Counted from the first letter of the whole stretch, positions 11,900-25,380 are shown. The stretch: DNA of 62,734 bases, filler included, from Nemertoderma westbladi (GCA_032718475.1; 4 parts of 4 records of this genome joined end to end with filler, not necessarily neighbours in it), one strand, 5' to 3'. Numbers and translations: made by a program. The notes: a model not told the origin generated them from the letters alone.

Positions 11900-12795
11900 A
11901 CATTCACTTATATATATATAAATTTGTGATGTGGCATAGTCAACGAAGAAGAGATGGTACGTGTCATAATCATCGACGAATAAGAAAAGAGATGGAGTGC
12001 AACGTGGATGAATGGTTGGTTGCCTGAATAGGAAATACGTGAAAGAATATGAATCATAGGGTTGTGTGTGTGTGTAATAATCAATAATTATTATAATAAA
12101 AACGTGCAGTATATAATGTTAGTGGTGGTAGCCTTTCAATATGACACAGATGCTGCGGGATTGGTTAGGTTGAGTAACTACTATGCAAATGTTGTTTGTA
12201 TACGTGTAGCCGGGACGTGGATTGGTGACAGCCGTGCTGGAGTTGGCAATCAATATAATATCTGATGTAGTTGGTGGCCACGTTGTCAGCATATACAGTA
12301 TACAGTGGTTGGTTGGTTGGATAGGAAATAACTATGGAAATGTTTGTATACGTGTAGCTGGAAACGTGGCGGAATTTCAACACGTATCCTACTGCTGGAT
12401 TGGTAGGTTGCTCGGTTGAATGGATTGGCGACAGCAGTCGAAGAGTTGGCGATCGAATCGATATAATAGGGTAGTGTGGGGCTAGCCACACGATGAGAGG
12501 TTTGGGTACGCGCGAAGATGAATATGCTATGGTTGGTTGATGCAACGACACGAACCAATACGCGCGGGTGGTAACAGCTGTAGGAGTAAGGAGGGCATCG
12601 TGAGGTTAGGCTACGCGTAGGTGATAGGCAGCGATTGGTTGAAGGTAACGAGGCGAATCAATATTGATGGTGACAGATGGTCATTAAACACCACGATTTA
12701 GCACCGGAATTTGGCATTTTTTAATTGCCTCCGAGATGTGGCCCGTAGCCCAGGCTAGGGAGGAGTGGGTGGAGGGCTATGCTTCTCCTACTACT
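11900..12795 (-). mobile_element. Putative terminal region (TIR/promoter) of a Polinton-like element
   Basis: Non-coding block with internal direct repeats (gtttgtatacgtgtagc twice, tggattgg.gacagc twice, many ggttgg/attgg), ending in ctactact at 12788-12795, which reads AGTAGTAG inward. Only one end is visible. Confidence 0.4.
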
Positions 12796-15242
12796 CATAT
12801 TCGCTCGCGTGCCAGAGTCTACAGGGGGCATCACCTGAAATTCAAGGAAATATGTCAAAGTCAATGATTATGAGGATGGTTAATTGCTATTGTAGTTGGC
12901 TAACTCAGTGCATAGGGTAAGGAGATTGCGCTGTATCTCTATGTATACTACGGGGGTGTTCCCAGTATAGCGGTAATGAAAGTGTGGCCTTTGTGTGTCC
13001 GCTGTGTGCTGAGAGCTACGTTATTATTAGGGCCACTTTTGTGTAGAAAAACTTATAGCTATGGGCATGGGTCCCACTTGAAACACTAGGCTACCTCATA
13101 ACTTTAACGGCGGTCAAACTACGAGGCTGTTAAATTGTGTTTGTTTATATTTTTTAAGAGTTCCCACAGGAAGTGAGACGTTGTAAACACGTAATGTTGT
13201 GATATTTTATTAACTGGGAACTCGATTACTCAGAATTAGATACTCATTAGTCGTTGTAGTAAGCACAATCATTGTTCACATTCAATACAATTAGTTTTTA
13301 ATCTTTATTATTATTAAATTTTTCCAAATAAATTTATTACATATATTACTATCGACAATAATTTAGGCCTACTGCATTAACATACAGTGTAGGCTATATA
13401 ATACTGTCGACGAACTAAAAGTATTTCCTCTACAGGAAAATCGATGTAAATAACAGCTGATTACTCTTAAAAATAAAACTGTAGGGGGTCTAGCTATTCT
13501 ATTGACTTCAGTTATGTTTAAAATAACGTACCACTGTAACCTGCTCATTTGCCTAAATTGATCATTTATATAAAATTGAAACGAGAAACTAATTGCCGAG
13601 ATGGGATTTGCGTTTGTAAATGTCACTAATTGGCACTATGAATTCTGAATCTCATATACTTTATGATTGGCTTACTGAAAATAAATTGATAAATAAATAA
13701 AAATAAATAAATAAATAGGTTCATTAGTTCCATTTATTTTTGTTGTCGGTTGTTGCAGTATTGGTTATGGTTATTGGGGGAGTGTGTTAGTGTGTTAGTG
13801 TGTTGGTTTGGGTGTGTTGTTATTAGTTATAATTAGTCATTGGAGTCCCCCCACCCCCTTCTGTTGCACAGAGGACGTAGAATATAACCATTTCATGTGT
13901 TAGGCAATCGATACATTGGGCAACTAATCGAAAGGGAAAAGGCCTGAACTTGTGCGGGGCCCATTTCTTTTTCCAAGAATATAAAAAACGCTTTGTCACA
14001 TACCAAAACGGGGCCTAAAATTCTACCTAATAAAGCGAACAATGTGTGTTGGAGTGCCAGTGAAGGAATGTGGTGAAATTCCTTGAGTGGCTGTAGAGTA
14101 CCCAACAGGTTTAGTGGCCATTAATATTCTGCGTTATACGAGATTGGGGCCAATTTCTGGCCCCGTAGAACTTTTTATATAAATTAAATCTACGGGGGGA
14201 AATAGAAACAGAATATAAAACAGTTGCTAACGTATATCACGTCTGTTTGAAATAAAAACATTTTTATTAAAAACCGCAATGCAATAATAATTGCTTACAG
14301 ATAAAACGCAAGTCAGTTTCTTCTTACATTGTTAGTAACGAAATGTGAACCTTGTTAAATAATATTTCTACATGTAGATATTAGGTTGTTCCTATTAGAG
14401 TAGGTGGTATTTATAGAGCTTTACTTCAAGGCGAGACAAGACAACTTAGTCCACCAGAGAAGCAGTCTGGTGGTTCAACTGGTCTTAGAGCAGGTAGAAA
14501 ACTCAGTATGATATCAAACCCTCCGATATGGGGGGTGTTTATTAGGCTTTAAGTGTAGCTGAGAAACTAGTATTATATCCACACCAACAGTAACTGCCTC
14601 TGCAGACAGGATATTATTGGTAAACTATCAATAATATTTGTTTTTACTTTGGGAAGTAATTTAGTAAGTATTTATTTATCATTTAGGATTTTCTACTTTG
14701 AAATATTAGCTCTTTATTTTTGCTCTTACTCTTTAGTAAAAGACGTGTCACTTTATATTTCACTTAATTTATTTCTTTATTTACATATTATTTAATGAGT
14801 TGCCACATGGAAGAAACGATGTCACTTCAGCGGGATACTTGTTTTTTTCACTGCAATATTACAAAAAGATAAATCATGTCTGAAAATCAAAATAAAATGC
14901 CCTTCAAAAAATATGTATGGCAATTCTAAGCTGCGGTTTTTGAAAAGAAAAAGTATTTCAAAATTATCTTGTTTAATGTCTATATTATATCTTGAAATTA
15001 CTATAAAAAATTTACAGTACAAATATAAATAATATGACAGTGCATATATTATGTAATTATTTCTAAGTATATTTTATGTATTTTTATTTATATATTTCAG
15101 ATTACAAGTATATATCCACTTGTATGCCTATAATATTTAAATTTTAAAAATTAATTGATTACCTCATCAACAGCTGATAAACATTGATATTTATAATTCC
15201 AAATGTAGCAATGATTTAGTTAGAAGATATACTTTATAATTT

Positions 15243-16779
15243 ATGATGTATTATAAAAATGGAAATGTGGTATTTATAATAATTATTTATGGAGTGGCAA
15301 CTTTATATGGGATGGAAACTCCACCCCGGGAGATGGAAGTGATGGCTGGGGATACAGTGACTCTAGTCTGCGAAAACCCGACCAGAGGCTCAAAGTACAA
15401 TCTTAAGTGGTTGGGGAGCAAACTCTCGGGTACCCCGTTGTATATGAAACGCATGGGGTTGCCGGGCAACGCCTTAGCCGTATCATATAAAGGCCGTGTA
15501 AAACTCGCTAGTCAAGGGTCGTCATCTCTAGAAATATCGAACGTTGTTCAATGGGACAGTCAAACCTACACCTGTGTGTTAGAAGATGAAAAGGGTAAAA
15601 CCACACGCAGTAGTGTAATACTGAAAGTCAATCCTAATCCTCATATAATATCAGCGTTAGCCGATTACACAACTAGCAACATTATATTCAAACACAAGGG
15701 GGAGCGTGTTACATTCTCTTGTAGTGCTGAGGGTAAACCAACGCCTGTGATTGGTTGGGAAATTAACGGGGAAACTATAAAGTCGTCTAATGCTCATATA
15801 AGGATTCAAAACGGGGACCTTGTTATTAATGACGTCACAGGTGCAGACCACGGGGAATACGTTTGTAAAGCTGTTAATAAATTCGGTTCGGATTCCAGAA
15901 GATTTAAGTTGAATATTAAATCGGAAGCGAAGATTGATACACCTCCGGAGAATGTGACCGTTTTAGAGGGACAGATGGCTCGGTTTCAGTGTTTAGCATC
16001 GGGAGTACCGGTGGATATAGACCACACATGGTCGCGTCGGCACACAGACATACGGAAGGTGGAACAGTTGCGTGGCCGTTACCGTATTACCGAGACCGGT
16101 ACCTTGGTACTGCGAGCAGTTCAACGACGCGACGAAGGCCCGTACTACTGCACCGTATCCAACGGTTACGGTACAGCGCAGACCGCCGCGGCTCACCTGC
16201 GGGTTCTGTACCCCGCCAGAGCGATTCCGAGAAACTCAGACACAGAGTCTGTCGGCCGCTGGTTGAACGCCAGTCTGCCGTGTCCTAGCGACGCTGACCC
16301 CCCGGTGCTGCGAACCGAGTGGAGCCGCAAAGGGGCGTTAATACACATTAATAATAATAATAAATACTCAGTAAATCCGCTAGGTGGACTCACAATATAC
16401 AACGTAAGTGACGAAGATGCTGGACGTTACATATGTATTCCGTATAACAGCGTCAACTCCGAGATGCGGACTGCTGGCCCCTCGGAGTCTGTCACTCTCA
16501 TTGTTACAGTCTCCCGTCCAGACACCCCCACCTTGCTCAGCAGTATGCATACCCCTGTTGGTATGTACGTGACGTGGTTGCCTGGTTACAACGGCGGAGC
16601 TCGTTGTACCTACGAGGTATGGTACCAGGTGGCGACGTCAGGTGGCGCTGTTATTCGTCGTTCTTCGGAGGAATGGCGTTCCTTTGAGGTTCCCGATGAG
16701 GAAACAAACAGCGCATTCTTATTCGGTTTGGACGCTAATAAATATTACGAGATTATGGTAGCGGCCTCCAACAGTGTAG
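15243..16779 (+). CDS. Turtle/IGSF9-family immunoglobulin receptor, coding exon 1 (signal peptide, 4 Ig domains, most of FN3 #1)
   Basis: Hydrophobic N-terminus; four Ig Cys pairs (TYTC, GEYVC, GPYYC, GRYIC); motifs HLRVLYPA, CPSDADPP, CIPYN and WLPGYNGG resemble IGSF9/Turtle. Donor GTAG|gtgagt at 16779/16780, phase 1. A likely upstream acceptor (tttcag) ends at 15100. Confidence 0.9.
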
Positions 16780-18960
16780 GTGAGTAATGGTAGCGGCCTC
16801 TAACCGTGTAGGTGAGTAATGGTAGCGGCCTCCAACAGTGTAGGTGAGTAATGGTAGCGGCCTCCAACAGTGTAGGTGAGTAATGGTATCGGCCTCCAAC
16901 AGTGTAGGTGAGTAATGGTAGCGGCCTCCAACAGTGTAGGTGAGTAATGGTAGCGGCCTCCAACAGTGTAGGTGAGTAATGGTAGCGGCCTCCAACAGTG
17001 TAGGTGAGTAATGGTAGCGGCCTCCAACAGTGTAGGTGAGTAATGGTATCGGCCTCCAACAGTGTAGGTGAGTAATGGTAGCGGCCTCCAATAGTGTAGG
17101 TGAGTAATGGTAGCGGCCTCCAACAGTGTAGGTGAGTAATGGTATCGGCCTCCAACAGTGTAGGTGAGTAATGGTAGCGGCCTCCAACAGTGTAGGTGAG
17201 TAATGGTAGCGGCCTCCAACAGTGTAGGTGAGTAATGGTATCGGCCTCCAACAGTGTAGGTGAGTAATGGTAGCGGCCTCCAACAGTGTAGGTGAGTAAT
17301 GATATCGGCCTCCAACAGTGTAGGTGAGTAATGGTAGCGGCCTCCAACAGTGTAGGTGAGTAATGGTAGCGGCCTCCAACTTTGTAGGTGAGTAATGGTA
17401 GCGGCCTCCAACAGTGTAGCTGTAGGTGAGTAATGGTATCGGCCTCCAACAGTGTAGGTGAGTAATGGTAGCGGCCTCCAACAGTGTAGGTGAGTAATGG
17501 TAGCGGCCTCCAACAGTGTAGGTGAGTAATGGTAGCGGCCTCCAACAGTGTAGGTGAGTAATGGTATCGGCCTTCAACCGTGTAGGTGAGTAATGGTAGC
17601 GGCCTCCAACAGTGTAGGTGAGTAATGGTATCGGCCTCCAACAGTGTAGGTGAGTAATGGTATCGGCCTCCAACATTGTAGGTGAGTAATGGTAGCGGCC
17701 TCCAACAGTGTAGGTGAGTAATGGTATCGGCCTCCAACAGTGTAGGTGAGTAATGGTATCGGCCTCCAACAGTGTATGTGAGTAATGGTAGCGGCCTCCA
17801 ACAGTGTAGGTGAGTAATGGTATCGGCCTCCAACAGTGTAGGTGAGTAATGGTAGCGGCCTCCAACAGTGTAGGTGAGTAATGGTAGCGGCCTCCAACAG
17901 TGTAGGTGAGTAATGTTATCGGCCTCCAACAGTGTAGGTGAGTAATGGTAGCGGTCTCCAACAGTGTAGGTGAGTAATGGTATCGGCCTCCAACAGTGTA
18001 GGTGAGTAATGGTAGCGACCTCCAACAGTGTAGGTGAGTAATGGTATCGGCCTCCAACAGTGTAGGTGAGTAATGGTATCGGCCTTCAACCGTGTAGGTG
18101 AGTAATGGTAGCGGCCTCCAACAGTGTAGGTGAGTAATGGTATCTGCCTCCAACAGTGTAGGTGAGTAATGGTATCGGCCTCCAACAGTGTAGGTGAGTA
18201 ATGGTAGCGGCCTCCAACAGTGTAGGTGAGTAATGGTATCGGCCTCCAACAGTGTAGGTGAGTAATGGTATCGGCCTTCAACCGTGTAGGTGAGTAATGG
18301 TAGCGGTCTCCAACAGTGTAGGTGAGTAATGGTATCGGCCTCCAACAGTGTAGGTGAGTAATGGTAGCTGCCTCCAACAGTGTAGGTGAGTAATGGTATC
18401 GGCCTCCAACAGTGTAGGTGAGTAATGGTATCGGCCTCCAACAGTGTAGGTGAGTAATGGTATCGGCCTCCAACAGTGTAGGTGAGTAATGGTATCGGCC
18501 TCCAACAGTGTAGGTGAGTAATGGTATCGGCCTCCAACAGTGTAGGTGAGTAATGGTAGCGGCCTCCAACAGTGTAGGTGAGTAATGGTAGCGGCCTCCA
18601 ACAGTGTAGGTGAGTAATGGTATCGGCCTCCAACAGTGTAGTTGAGTAATGGTATCGGCCTCCAACAGTGTAGGTGAGTAATGGTATCGGCCTTCAACAG
18701 TGTAGGTGAGTAATGGTATCGGCCTCCAACAGTGTAGGTGAGTAATGGTATCGGCCTCCAACAGTGTAGGTGAGAAATGGTAGCGGCCTCCAACAGTGTA
18801 GGTGAGTAATGGTAGCGGCCTCCAACAGTGTAGGTGAGTAATGGTATCAGCCTCCAACCGTGTAGGTGAGTAATGGTAGCGGCCTCCAACTATGTAGATG
18901 AGTAATGGTATCGGCCTCCAACAGTGTAGGTGAGTAATGGTAGCTGCCTCCAACAGTAAT
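16755..18960 (+). repeat. Minisatellite, 32-bp unit, about 69 copies, made of the exon end plus 5' splice site
   Basis: Unit atggta(g/t)cggcctccaacagtgtag|gtgagta. The first copy is the real exon end (MVAASNSV-G) and donor. Confidence 0.97.
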
Positions 18961-19128
18961 ATAACCGACAGAAAAATAAATAGATACAAATAAATACAAA
19001 TTAAATACCAAAAATAAATAGTATTCCAAAATTCCATGTAATGTGACAATAAGGAAAGCAAACCTGGATACTATATACAATAATTACGAATAATAATAAT
19101 CATTTTTTTTTATAAATTTTCTCTGTAG

Positions 19129-21002
19129 GAAAGAGCGCCCCGACCCCGCGATCGGTCGTTGATAAAGTCCCCAACGTCATCGAGAAGCCCACCAACCTCA
19201 GTGTGGTTGCCCAGGACAACCTCCTGCATCTACACTGGGTCCCCGTACTGTCAGCCATGGGCCCGGACCCAGCCTACATCCTGCAGTTCTATCTCACGGA
19301 GACCTCGACAGACTGGCAGGTCTGGGACGAACGGACCAGACCCGGTGCCGACCACCTGCTGCTACACGGTCTCCTATCCGACCGGCTCTATAAGTTCCGG
19401 TTGATTTCCATCACAGATTCCGGATTCTCCGAACCAACGGACCCCGTCTACGCCTCTACCGAGGGACTATATAAAACCAACGTAGCCACATCGTCTGACC
19501 AATCGGAAACACAGGACGGCACTGAGTCTCACACACTAATATATGCGCTCGCAGCGGCAGGCTGCGGAGTTATACTTATAGTTTTAATTATCATTTTTGT
19601 TTTGCTATTTCGGCACTTCAGACAGAAACCAAACGAGGTCGCCAGCCCGACTGATGGTGGGGAACAAGTCTATGTGTTCCACAGTTCCACGGATAATAAG
19701 ACGTCTAGCGACGGGAGACGGAATCGGGGAGTTCGTTTGGGCGACGCGGAGACTCGTTCGGAGTGCTGCGACGCGACGCGAAACGCGAGTTCTATGTACT
19801 TCCGGTACGATTCGGACACGCAGAGCATATCGGCGCACGACGAGGAATCCGGACACCGGAAACCCCGACGCGCCCTCGGACACAACTCGTACGTGCTGTA
19901 CGCGACGCTGCCTCGAAGCGGGCGCAACAAACAACGGAGGAACTCCGCGGGGAAGAAAACTACAGGGGAGTCGGTCGAGTTGGCAAACTTAGATAAAACC
20001 CCGATTATGGTGGGACCCGGGAATGTTGTTTATTCCCCGATGTTGGTGGATGGGCAGCCGGTTCGCGCGGTCCCCTACCAACCGGGGCCGGAAGCTAAAG
20101 GCTCCGCCGGGACATTGCCTCGCTCCGGCACACCGGTCCTCTACTACAACCCGCACCATAGGCAACTGATGAAACCCGAGTCGAAACGACGCAGCGTGAC
20201 TCCCCCGCCCAGGTCGCACAACCGCGGGAGGCACGCCCACGCGTACCAGCGGGCCTCGTTGTCTCGGCTAACGCCCACTCAGATCGCGGTACTGGACGCG
20301 CCTAGAAGCGGCCCTGCCAACATCGACTCAGACGGATCCAACACGCCGCAGGATTCTCTTTACGAGGAACTTAAATTATTAAAATTGAAACAGGAGGGCG
20401 GAGATTCTTCGATGGAGAAAATCTTGGAGGGCCAATCAGGTGGTGATTCTAAGGTTGTTGGTGCGGTATTGCCCTGTGGGCACTTCCAGTCTGCCTCTGG
20501 TCCCGCTGAGGCGTCCGCTTACGCACGGTGTCTGCAGTGTCTGCCGACAATCCCAGACACCAACGAGTCAGCGGGGACTCCTAGACAGGCTAAACGCGGA
20601 ACGTCGCATGACGCCATCCCGCGGGACTCAAGGAAATTGCCTAGTAAAGCCACGGGGTCCGGTAACCTAGGAGATCGTGCGCGTTCCGCATTCAGCGACG
20701 TTCCTCGCTCGGAACCTTCCGGGTCCGGAACGCGTCCGACATCCCGGCCCAGACAGCCCGAATGCCGGAAACTGGAGATGGGGGCGACCAACGCAGTAAA
20801 CAGGTCGCCCGAGAGTGGGGTCAGTGACCTCAGTTGGGACGACGCCGGAGGAGTCAGACTCGTCGCTCCTAGCAACGCGGGCCCGTCCAGCAACGCGGGT
20901 GCCCCCAGCAACCGGGCCGAGAGCGCCCAGCCCCAACCCCGACACCAAGACGCGCCCCTCAGCAAGGTTGACTCATCTCCCTCCCTATTGGATAACTCTT
21001 GA
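19129..21002 (+). CDS. Turtle/IGSF9-family receptor, coding exon 2 (FN3 #2, transmembrane helix, long cytoplasmic tail)
   Basis: Acceptor ttttctctgtag|GA at 19128/19129; the phase-1 join gives ...ASNSVGKSAPTP..., in frame with ORF 19203-21002. FN3 (LHW...Y...LHGLLSDRLYKFRL), TM LIYALAAAGCGVILIVLIIIFVLLF. Spliced product is 1136 aa. Confidence 0.9.
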
Positions 21003-22230
21003 CCAATAGGAATTATCTGTTCTTATTAGTCTTTTTAGTTATTCAATATCTCCTTGGCGGTGTTGATAAATTTCGACTCCAGTGCCTTTCGCAATGACAA
21101 ACTAAACAATTATATAAGAAAGACATTCTATTTTTTCTTTCGACTTATTTATATTTCAATTATTCATTGTTTTATTCTATTTATAATTAAAAAAACTAAT
21201 TTTTCAGCAGTAAAGACATCATATTATTTATAGCATATTTAGTATATCTTCGATAGGGGTTATTTATATGGAATATGTAATTTTATTTAGAAGTTTATAA
21301 TAAGTTATTTGACCAGTTTTCTGACAACTTTGCAGGACCATGTAAACAGGATATAGTGCAGCTCACATGTACCATAATGACTTGGAAAATATCTCACTGC
21401 CAATCTGTTATTATATTTTATCCCAAATATAAATTGTATTTATTATTGTTTGTATTTTGTAGCACAGAATTTCAACTCGCTTATTTTTTGGCCATCCTCT
21501 TGGCGTATAATATTATAATAATAACAACTTACTTAAATTTACTGAAACAATAAATATATGAGAGTTCATTTAATTACTTCTTTATAATGTTTAATAAAAC
21601 AATAGTTTATATTTGTCGTTATGTTATAGAAAGTCATTGAGAACTCATTCATTATACCAGTTACCCGTCCACTAAATTTATTTGTAGTCAAATTTTCTTT
21701 CCGTCAAATTAAATTTCGGTTTAGTAACTGAATACAATTAGTTGCTGCGTTACTTCTGATCGTGGCGGTGTTTTTGATGTTCGAGTTGCTATGATTTATT
21801 AGGTGCTGCATTCTCGAAACAGTGAATAAATTTGTGTAGAAATTAATTTAATTTATATAAAGTATTAAATCAGGTAGTTTGTGAATATGTGCGACAGTTT
21901 TTGTAGTGAATAAAATAAATGTTTGTTTTCCTCATCAATATTTTAGATTATTAGATTTTAGATTGTTAATATTTTGCATTAATAATATTATGTCTTTAGA
22001 GATACAACAGGCGACGCAATTGAACTTCTCAGTATCACCTAAGTCGATAATTTGGTTTCCGCAGACCATATCCAATGGGTGCATTATAATATTTTTAGTA
22101 TGTTTCGCACCTTTATTGCATTGACTTACGATTTTAATTAATCAAATCACTCCTACTAGAGCGGGTCATTAGTTATTAGGCTGATTCGGCTTTGTTCTAT
22201 GGGCCTCTAGTAGAATATTAAATATGGTAG

Positions 22231-22626
22231 CAGAGGCGTTGCGAGCCCTTCTGGCGCCCAGGGGAATGAAGCAGAGATATAGACACCCCCCCCCCCCCCC
22301 CTCAATAATTTTAACTTTTAATTTATGACTTTTTCTTAAATATTATATATCTAACAGTATATAGCTAGCTATATGAAATCTATTCATTATACACTAGTTT
22401 AGTTTGATATAGTGCACTTTTAATATTGAATGGAACTTGAATGGGAGCGAAGCGAGCAGAGACATTCTCCCACATTTTCGCTTATGACAAATGTCCTGTA
22501 ATTACTGTATATCACATTCGCCCTGACTTTTCACTGATTTGTCCTATTTTGACAAGAATTACTTGACATTTCAGCGCCCCTGGATGAGTCCCCCCCCCCC
22601 CCCCCCCCCCCGTCGCTACGCTTCTG
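22231..22626. mobile_element. hAT-type MITE
   Basis: TIRs cagaggcgttgcga / tcgctacgcttctg and a perfect 8-bp target-site duplication tatggtag (22223-22230 and 22627-22634). Confidence 0.9.
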
Positions 22627-23594
22627 TATGGTAGGTCCCTAAGCAACAGACATGCACCAACGAGCATCAGATATACACATTGTAATATTGTCTATTTATT
22701 AGGCAGTGAAAAGGTGGCGCTACAATTATGTCAAAAAATATTTTGATTAAGTCAATAAAGACTTGATGTATAATTCAATATTAACAGTAAATACTAATGG
22801 TATTCTATATAGCTAGGCCTGCAGCTATGGTATTGTTCACGTAGTGCATGAAGTCCCACCTAGCTATTCATACACAATGGCCGGAACTGAATGTATACCT
22901 ATAATTCAAAGAAATTATGACTAAGCATTATGAAAATAAAGGTTGACTGAGTTCATATTCTGTTCGCCACTGTTACATAAACGGTTTGTTGATACAATTG
23001 GTAGTGGGTTGGGTACAATATTGTAGATTGTTATTGAGACTGAGAGTAGGCCTACTACTAGTACACTAACCCCCACTTCTGGCACATAACAGATAACATG
23101 ATACAACCTATTATATAATTACCTAAAAGCACGTGGGTGGTTTACTATTATTGGCTCGGGGAATTAGGTCGAATTAGTTGACACTTCTTCATCTTTATTA
23201 TCAACCCAAGAGTTTGATTTTGGAATGCTGATAACATAGCAGGCCTACCACGAATAAAAAAATTAGTTGTTTGTGGATTTATAAGATACAGAAAGGAAAT
23301 CAGCGATTCAGAAAATCTTAATCTGAATAAATTAAGCTAATTTTTCCGAACGAGACTGTATATTTTCTTTTGGGTAATAAAATATATCGGTTTTGATATT
23401 CTGCCTCAAAAAGGTAGTGGGTTAGTGATATTGATATTAGCAAGCCACAAATTTACATGAAAGTGGATAAATTACCATGAATTAAATAACAAATAAAAAC
23501 TTTTACAGTATGTAGGCAGGCCTATACTTTTTTACCTGGGAGTTTACCAATGAGAGATTGTGGCTGGGCCCAGATTTGTCAATCAATACTACAG

Positions 23595-23635
23595 TACTAC
23601 TGCAGGTCGAGCGAGCTCGGGCAGTGGAAATAAGG
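23595..23635 (-). mobile_element. 3' tip of an RTE-type LINE at the contig end
   Basis: aggtcgagcgagctcgggcagtggaaat matches the 3' ends at 45157 and 51251. Confidence 0.7.
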
Positions 23636-23735
23636 NNNNNNNNNNNNNNNNNNNNNNNNNNNNNNNNNNNNNNNNNNNNTTAATTAATTAANNNNNNNNN
23701 NNNNNNNNNNNNNNNNNNNNNNNNNNNNNNNNNNN
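23636..23735. other. Artificial contig linker
   Basis: 44 N + TTAATTAATTAA + 44 N. Confidence 0.98.
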
Positions 23736-25380
23736 GACTATATGTATGTAGGACTATGTATGTAGGTCTATATGTATGTCGGCCTATATGTATGTAGGAC
23801 TATATGTATGTAGGTCTATGTATGTAGGCCTATATGTATGTAGGACTATGTATGTAGGCCTATATGTATGTAGGCCTATGTATGTAGGACTATATGTATG
23901 TAGGACTATGTATGTATGCCTATATGTATGTAGGAATATGTATGTAGGTCTATATGTATGTAGGACTATATATGTAGGTCTATATGTATGTAGGACTATG
24001 TATGTAGGTCTATATGTGTGTAGGACTATGTATGTAGGTCTATATGTATGTAGGACTATGTATGTAGGCCTATATGTATGTAGGACTATGTATGTAGGAC
24101 TATATGTATGTAGGACTATGTATGTAGGTCTATATGTGTGTAGGACTATGTATGTAGGTCTATATGTATGTAGGACTATGTATGTAGGTCTATATGTATG
24201 TAGGACTATGTATGTAGGACTATATGTATGTAGGACTATGTATGTAGGTCTATATGTATGTAGGACTATGTATGTATGTAGGCCTATATGTATGTAGGAC
24301 TATGTATGTAGGACTATATGTATGTAGGACTATGTATGTAGGTCTATATGTATGTAGGACTATGTATGTATGTAGGCCTATATGTATGTAGGACTATGTA
24401 TGTAGGCCTATATGTATGTAGGTCTATATGTATGTAGGACTATATATGTAGGTCTATATGTATGTAGGACTATGTATGTAGGTCTATATGTGTGTAGGAC
24501 TATGTATGTAGGTCTATATGTATGTAGGACTATGTATGTAGGTCTATATGTATGTAGGACTATGTATGTAGGACTATATGTATGTAGGACTATGTATGTA
24601 GGTCTATATGTTTGTAGGACTATGTATGTATGCCTATATGTTTGTAGGACTATGTATGTATGTAGGACTATGTATGTAGGCCTATATGTATGTAGGACTA
24701 TGTATGTAGGCCTATATGTATGTAGGACTATGTATGTAGGCCTATATGTATGTAGGACTATGTATGTAGGACTATGTATGTATGTAGGACTATGTATGTA
24801 TGCCTATATGTTTGTAGGACTATGTATGTATGTAGGACTATGTATGTAGGCCTATATGTATGTAGGACTATGTATGTAGGCCTATATGTATGTAGGACTA
24901 TGCATGTAGGCCTATATGTATGTAGGACTATGTATGTAGGACTATGTATGTATGTAGGCCTATATGTATGTAGGACTATGTATGTAGGCCTATATGTATG
25001 TAGGACTATGTATGTGTGTAGGCCTATATGTATGTAGGACTATGTATGTATGCCTATATGTATGTAGGACTATGTATGTATGCCTATATGTATGTAGGAA
25101 TATGTATGTAGGCCTATATGTATGTAGGAATATGTATGTATGTAGGAATATGTATGTAGGCCTATATGTATGTAGGACTATGTATGTAGGCCTATATGTA
25201 AGTAGGACTATGTATGTAGGCCTATATGTATGTAGGACTATGTATGCCTATATGTATGTAGGAATATGTATGTATGTCGGCCTATATGTATGTAGGACTA
25301 TGTATGTATCCCTATATGTATGTAGGACTATGTATGTAGGCCTATATGTATGTAGGACTATGTATGTAGGCCTATATGTA
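23736..25380. repeat. Low-complexity minisatellite, about 30-bp unit (16+14 subunits built on TATG)
   Basis: tatatgtatgtaggac-tatgtatgtaggcc repeated about 55 times; truncated by the contig start. Confidence 0.95.

Noticed and set aside
16745-19061. Long minus-strand ORFs (THLHCWRP... repeats)
   Set aside because: Antisense translations of the 32-bp intronic array.
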